NCBI GenBank assembly: GCA_046497275.1
Contig: JAWOFX010000052.1
Span: 818 to 32,817 of the forward strand
Direction of reading: 5' to 3'
DNA: 32,000 bases
DNA from: Promethearchaeia archaeon
GTDB taxonomy: Archaea > Asgardarchaeota > Lokiarchaeia > Sigyniarchaeales > SOKP01
Shown piece after piece: positions 27,455 through 32,000 of the stretch. Every line of letters begins with the position of its first letter. Position 1 is the first letter of the stretch. The notes below the pieces were generated by a model, which was given only the letters and a program-made list of their open reading frames with translations, was not told the origin of the DNA and did no database searches. The position numbers were made by a program, and so were the translations under genes.

Positions 27455-28453
27455 TTATCTTTCTTTCATATATCTTCTTTTCCTTTCTAAACTATCTGGA
27501 TAACTATCAAGCATTTTATTAAAAACCCTCGCTCCTAAGCTCAATCCCCATACTGAACCATAATTTGATTCTCTATATCGGATTTCATTAAAAATCTTAA
27601 ATTTATCCTTGATATCTTTTAAAAAACCATAAGAACCAGACCAAAGCCTACTTGTTCCCGCCTCTCCATCACCATCAAAACAACCCATTAAAAATGGATA
27701 ATAATAACTCTTATCTGGAAATGATGGTAATCTAATTAAATTTGATTTATTAGGAACAACACCCCAAGATATTAAATCATTGGCCATCCGCTGATTTGCA
27801 AAATGTATCCGAAAATATTTCACTAGCACCCGTCTACCACCATGTTTTTGCCATTCTTCGTGTATATGCTTAAGTTCTTGATTTAAACTTAATAAATTTA
27901 TAAATTTATCAATTAATTCATCATCGTCAATTTTTGTTTTCAAACCGATTCTATAATAGCTTCTATAATCATCTTTTTCTTCGACTAAATAACCATCTGA
28001 ATACATAATACCTAATACATATAGTTGATCATTAGTGGTAATTATATCAAAAAAATCAGATTTTAAATCAGGATGAAAAAGTTTAGATCTCGCCTCGGAT
28101 CTAATCAAATAGTGTTCAGTCAAATATTTTTCATAATGATTGAATGCATCTAAAAGATCTCGACTTATATTACCACATTTATTACATATATATCTTGTAA
28201 CTTTATTTTTAATAGTTGAATAAGCATCTTCTGTGATATAACCTTCTTTTCCAGATTTAATCCTATGATATTTTTTGGTAATATAGTTATCGTGCATGCT
28301 TAAGAATTTAGATAATTCATCATTAGTGATTGAAATATTATGGACTCTTTCTAATTCTCTTCGAATCGCTTCTAGTAATTTGTAAGCAGAATTATTTTTC
28401 AGAATTTCATAATTTCCTCTTGGTCTACCACCACGATTTTTACTTTTTCGCAT
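27455..28453 (-). mobile_element. free-standing double-motif LAGLIDADG homing endonuclease-like protein with N-terminal extension
   Basis: YVLGIMYSDGYL and YPFLMGCFDGDGE motifs, both with acidic catalytic residues; no intein splicing motifs and no host-gene flanks seen. Confidence 0.8.
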
Positions 28454-28977
28454 TTTTACATCATTATTTTTTTTAATTTAAAAAATTAAACTAATTTGTC
28501 CCCGATGATTTTTTGATATTCGAATAATTTGATTGCGAAATCCATATACTATATCAATTAACCATCCTACATATATAGAATGAGCCTCAGAATCTTTCTT
28601 TTTTTTTCCGCATTTTTAAGTGGTGACTTTTTTGGATCAAATAGAAATTTCCAATAGAATGAATTATTAAGATATCATTAAAGGCTCAAAATTGGTTTTT
28701 CAGTCATAAACGAAGAAAAAAACTATTTAGAAAATTTAGAAACACATTTACTTTCATACTAGCAGTTTTTATCTCGAATTGGTTTCTCAAAAGTAAATCT
28801 AAGTATTTTTAATGAATTAGATTCAAAATTTAAACATATTTTTGAACTTTTGGAGGAAAAAAATTAATTTAATTTGTTATTCTTTCAATATTTATTAAAA
28901 TTCTTAGAAAAAAATCTTTATCTATAGAAATTAGTTTTATAAATATCAGAAATGCTTTTTTCCGAGTAAAGCACCGG

Positions 28978-29369
28978 TTAAAAAATATCTATCCGTTTTA
29001 AGATTTTGTAACTAAGAAATAGCAAAGGAGTTATTAAATATATCACAAAATACAATGGTGTTAATAAATCTGAGTCTGCTAGAAAGAATAATCCGACCAA
29101 CCATCCAATTATAAAAGAAATTCCCCAGGAAGACATTCTTCAATAAGATTTATTAAACCAATAAGACTTACCACACCACTTAATAAATAAAAGATCCAAA
29201 TATAATCAGAAGGAAGTAGACCAGTATTGAAAACAACCGATACAATTATTGGAATAATTGAAGGTATTATTCCCCCAAGTATTACTTCAAAAGAATGATT
29301 TAAACCTTTTTGAAATTTTTCTATTATACCATCTAATACGATTTCTGATAATAATATAGGAATTAGAGT
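28978..29369 (-). pseudogene. decayed membrane-protein gene remnant
   Basis: Hydrophobic frame (TLIPILLSEIVLDG...GLINLI) continues after a frameshift (MSSWGISFIIGW...KRIDIF*); an in-frame TGA lies just upstream and there is no start codon. Confidence 0.4.
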
Positions 29370-29582
29370 ATATCAATTTTATCGTATAATTATTTAAGAA
29401 GTGAAATCTTCATACATGTAAACTGGAAGAGTTTTTTTGATTTCAAAATTAACATTACATCTAAATTATATTAGTAAAAAAAATATATCCTCCAGAATCA
29501 CAATACATTGGATCACAGTTTATTCAATACTAAAAATATTTTGAAAGAAGCTCAGAGAGATTCTAAAACCCTACTTAATTAG

Positions 29583-29622
29583 ATTTCTATTTTTGAATAT
29601 TAGTTTTTCCAGATTAGAAAAT
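29583..29622 (+). repeat. right copy of 40-bp diverged direct repeat
   Basis: Matches 27233-27272. Confidence 0.7.
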
Positions 29623-29684
29623 TATAAATAAATTAAAATTTAAACCTATTATTATTATTGAAAAAATAGAATTTCTCCTAACAA

Positions 29685-30506
29685 ATGAATGTTGAAGATT
29701 TTGAAGATATAATATACGAAAAAGAAGATAACGGGATTTGTACGGCAACTATCAGCCGACCTGAAAGAAGAAACGCAGTCTCCTATGTGAGTTTCCTTGA
29801 AATTTATACAGTATTAGACGATATGGAACAAGATAAAACCACAAGAGTATTAATTATAACAGGAGATCCTAAGGGACGAGCATTCACCTCAGGAGGATAT
29901 TTCGAGCCTAACTTTTTTGAAAAAGTTCATAAAGATATTAGGGCAGAAATAGATTTAATGGATATAGCCCAGAAGAAAACATGTATAAAATTCTGGGAAT
30001 TTTCTAAACCTGTAATTTTTGCTATCAATGGGATGGCGATAGGAGGAGGAATTTCTATGCCTCTTTTAGGGGGAGATCTCATATATATGGCGGAAGATGC
30101 ATGGTTAGGCTTTTATTTTTCAAAAAGGGCTATCATCGGAGAATTTGGGCTGAATTTTATTCTACCTTTTTATTTAGGATTTCAAAAAGCGAAGGAAATA
30201 CTATATTTTGGGAACAAAATCTCTGCTCAAGAAGCTCTAGAATTAGGATTGGTTAATGAAGTTGTTCCAAATGATGAACTCCTTCCTTTTGCCCGAGAGC
30301 AAGCGTTAAAATTAATCCCCCCGAAAGGTCCTAGTCTCTCGATTAAATTAATGAAAAAGACATTGCATGCATATTTCAAATCAATCTTAGATCAAACGCT
30401 CGATTTAGAGAATAAAGGTCTAAGAAAAACATTTCGTTCTAAAGATTTTCATGAATCTATGAAAGCTTTAAAGGAAAAAAGAGAACCAGAATTTATTGGA
30501 AAATAA
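29685..30506 (+). CDS. enoyl-CoA hydratase/isomerase (crotonase) family protein
   Basis: ISRPERRNA, RAFTSGG, AINGMAIGGG, ISAQEALELGLVNEVVP, SKDFHES..A..EKREPEFIGK. Confidence 0.92.
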   Translation: MNVEDFEDIIYEKEDNGICTATISRPERRNAVSYVSFLEIYTVLDDMEQDKTTRVLIITGDPKGRAFTSGGYFEPNFFEKVHKDIRAEIDLMDIAQKKTCIKFWEFSKPVIFAINGMAIGGGISMPLLGGDLIYMAEDAWLGFYFSKRAIIGEFGLNFILPFYLGFQKAKEILYFGNKISAQEALELGLVNEVVPNDELLPFAREQALKLIPPKGPSLSIKLMKKTLHAYFKSILDQTLDLENKGLRKTFRSKDFHESMKALKEKREPEFIGK

Positions 30507-30773
30507 TCACTTCAAAATGATTTCTTTTTTTCTGGTTTATTCGATTATCGGTTTTTTATTAATAGGGAATTTCTATATTTTCTTTTAAAATAAAAATTCT
30601 TCTCGAATTTTGCAATATCTTAGGTCATTATTTAACGATTTTTTAAAATCCATAACTTTTTAAGAGAAAAGCTACTCATAGGTGCTATTTTTTTTAATAT
30701 TCTACAGAAAGATCAATTTTATATACGAACTTATCAATAATATTTATTACAAATTTATAAAAACTGATAAAAA

Positions 30774-32000
30774 ATGACACAAGATACAACTTCAAAATAT
30801 GCTGAAAAATTTTGGAAAAAAAATTGGGATGAAGGGCTCGAAGACTTGAGATATGAAGAGTATAATAATACGTATGTTGAATGGGTAAGCGAGACATTTA
30901 AAAAATACTCAGAAAAGGTTGCATATTCTTATTTAGGAATTGAGCATACATTTAAGGAGTTAGATGAATTTTCGAATCAATTCGCTAATATGCTTATAGA
31001 ACATGGATTTAATAAAGGGGATACAGTCGGGATTAATTTACCAAATACTCCTGAATATCTAATATCCGTTATTGGAACCCTTAAGGCGGGATGTATAGTA
31101 TCTGGAGTATCTCCTTTACTTTCTGCTGTTCAAATCCAGTATCAATTAAATGATTTAGGCGCTAATGGTCAGAAAAAAGTGTGTTTGGTTACATTAGATG
31201 CTGTGTTTGCTGGACATATTACAAAAATCGCTGATAAACTCCCAGATGTAGGAATAATCGTGACCACCAGTGTGGCAGGATTCCTTCCCGGATGGAAACG
31301 TTTCTTAGGCCAATTATTGGGAAAAGTACCTAAAGGAAAGGTAACTCCGCTCCCCGGAAAAACAGTTCTAGATTATCATAAGGATGTTTTTGCAAACTAT
31401 TCTAAGGATCCCGTGAATATTGATATAAGTCCAGATGATGTAGGATGGATACAATACACAGGAGGTACGACTGGTCCGCCTAAAGGGGCGATGCTTACTC
31501 ATCGAAATTGCGTTCATAATATGAAAGCTATTATAACCTGGTTAGGCTGGGAAGAAGGTGCGGGCGTGCTCTGTTCAGGATTTCCCATGTTTCATATAGC
31601 TGGGTTAACTGTCACAGAAGCATCTGTTGCCAGTGGATGGACTCAAATCTTAATTCCCAATCCTCGTGATACTGACCATATAATTGATGAGATGGAAGAA
31701 TATCATCCTACTAATCTCGTTAATGTTCCCTCTCTCTATCAAATGCTCATCAAAAATCCTAGATTTAGTGAGATAGATCACTCTGAATTGGGTACGTGTG
31801 TTTCTGCGGCGTCCCCCTTTCCAAAAGAATCACAAGTGGAATTAGAAAGCATTATTGGAAAAGGAAAGTTGTTGGAACTATACGGAATGACAGAAACCTC
31901 CCCCGTATCGACTATGAATCCATCATTAGGTAATAAAAAGTTAGGAACGGTTGGTATGCCATTTTTAAATGTAGATTGTAAAATTGCTGATCCAGAAACT
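30774..32000 (+). CDS. long-chain fatty acid--CoA ligase (partial, runs off the 3' edge)
   Basis: Manually translated open frame from ATG 30774: GINLPNTPEY, IQYTGGTTGPPKGAMLTH, ELYGMTETSP. It is missing from the ORF track because it has no stop inside the window. Confidence 0.92.
   Translation, partial: MTQDTTSKYAEKFWKKNWDEGLEDLRYEEYNNTYVEWVSETFKKYSEKVAYSYLGIEHTFKELDEFSNQFANMLIEHGFNKGDTVGINLPNTPEYLISVIGTLKAGCIVSGVSPLLSAVQIQYQLNDLGANGQKKVCLVTLDAVFAGHITKIADKLPDVGIIVTTSVAGFLPGWKRFLGQLLGKVPKGKVTPLPGKTVLDYHKDVFANYSKDPVNIDISPDDVGWIQYTGGTTGPPKGAMLTHRNCVHNMKAIITWLGWEEGAGVLCSGFPMFHIAGLTVTEASVASGWTQILIPNPRDTDHIIDEMEEYHPTNLVNVPSLYQMLIKNPRFSEIDHSELGTCVSAASPFPKESQVELESIIGKGKLLELYGMTETSPVSTMNPSLGNKKLGTVGMPFLNVDCKIADPET

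Noticed and set aside
27455-28453. LAGLIDADG ORF as an intein or as part of a large BHB or group I intron
   Set aside because: No intein terminal motifs, no interrupted host gene or rRNA on its flanks, and no long terminal stem found by eye.
28490-28613. Minus-strand ATG at 28613 resembling the endonuclease start context
   Set aside because: The frame closes after 8 codons, and the similarity is limited to an A-rich AAAAATGCG stretch.
726-30897. Short antisense or overlapping ORFs in the track (e.g. 726-917, 3274-3591, 4318-4539, 7434-7724, 12785-13120, 17695-17988, 26162-26494, 30694-30897)
   Set aside because: They overlap well-supported genes and show no motifs; they are shadows of the real coding frames.

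Overview
AT-rich archaeal window, most likely from an Asgard archaeon (Lokiarchaeia-like). This is inferred from an IPGY-TM-basic C-terminal sorting signal, a 7TM-longin-like protein, a tungsten AOR, GGAGGTGA Shine-Dalgarno sites and TTTAAA-type TATA boxes. Most of the window is a lipid/acyl-CoA catabolic cluster: three long-chain acyl-CoA ligases, three thiolase-fold proteins that all lack the nucleophilic Cys, three DUF35 proteins, two SCP2 proteins, a crotonase, a FabK/NMO-family flavoenzyme, AOR with an Fe-ADH, and a phytoene-desaturase-family flavoprotein with an FNR-[2Fe-2S] reductase. It also holds an HsdM-TRD fusion methyltransferase and a free-standing LAGLIDADG endonuclease cassette flanked by 40-bp diverged direct repeats. 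The standout observation is that the Ltp3-like thiolase gene really starts at 25890 and is interrupted by a 30-nt in-frame insert (25702-25731) carrying two TAA stops. The insert folds into a relaxed bulge-helix-bulge geometry whose predicted cuts remove exactly those 30 nt, making it a candidate archaeal splicing-endonuclease intron in a protein-coding gene. No tRNA, rRNA or CRISPR array was seen. All family assignments come from motif recognition, not database searches.
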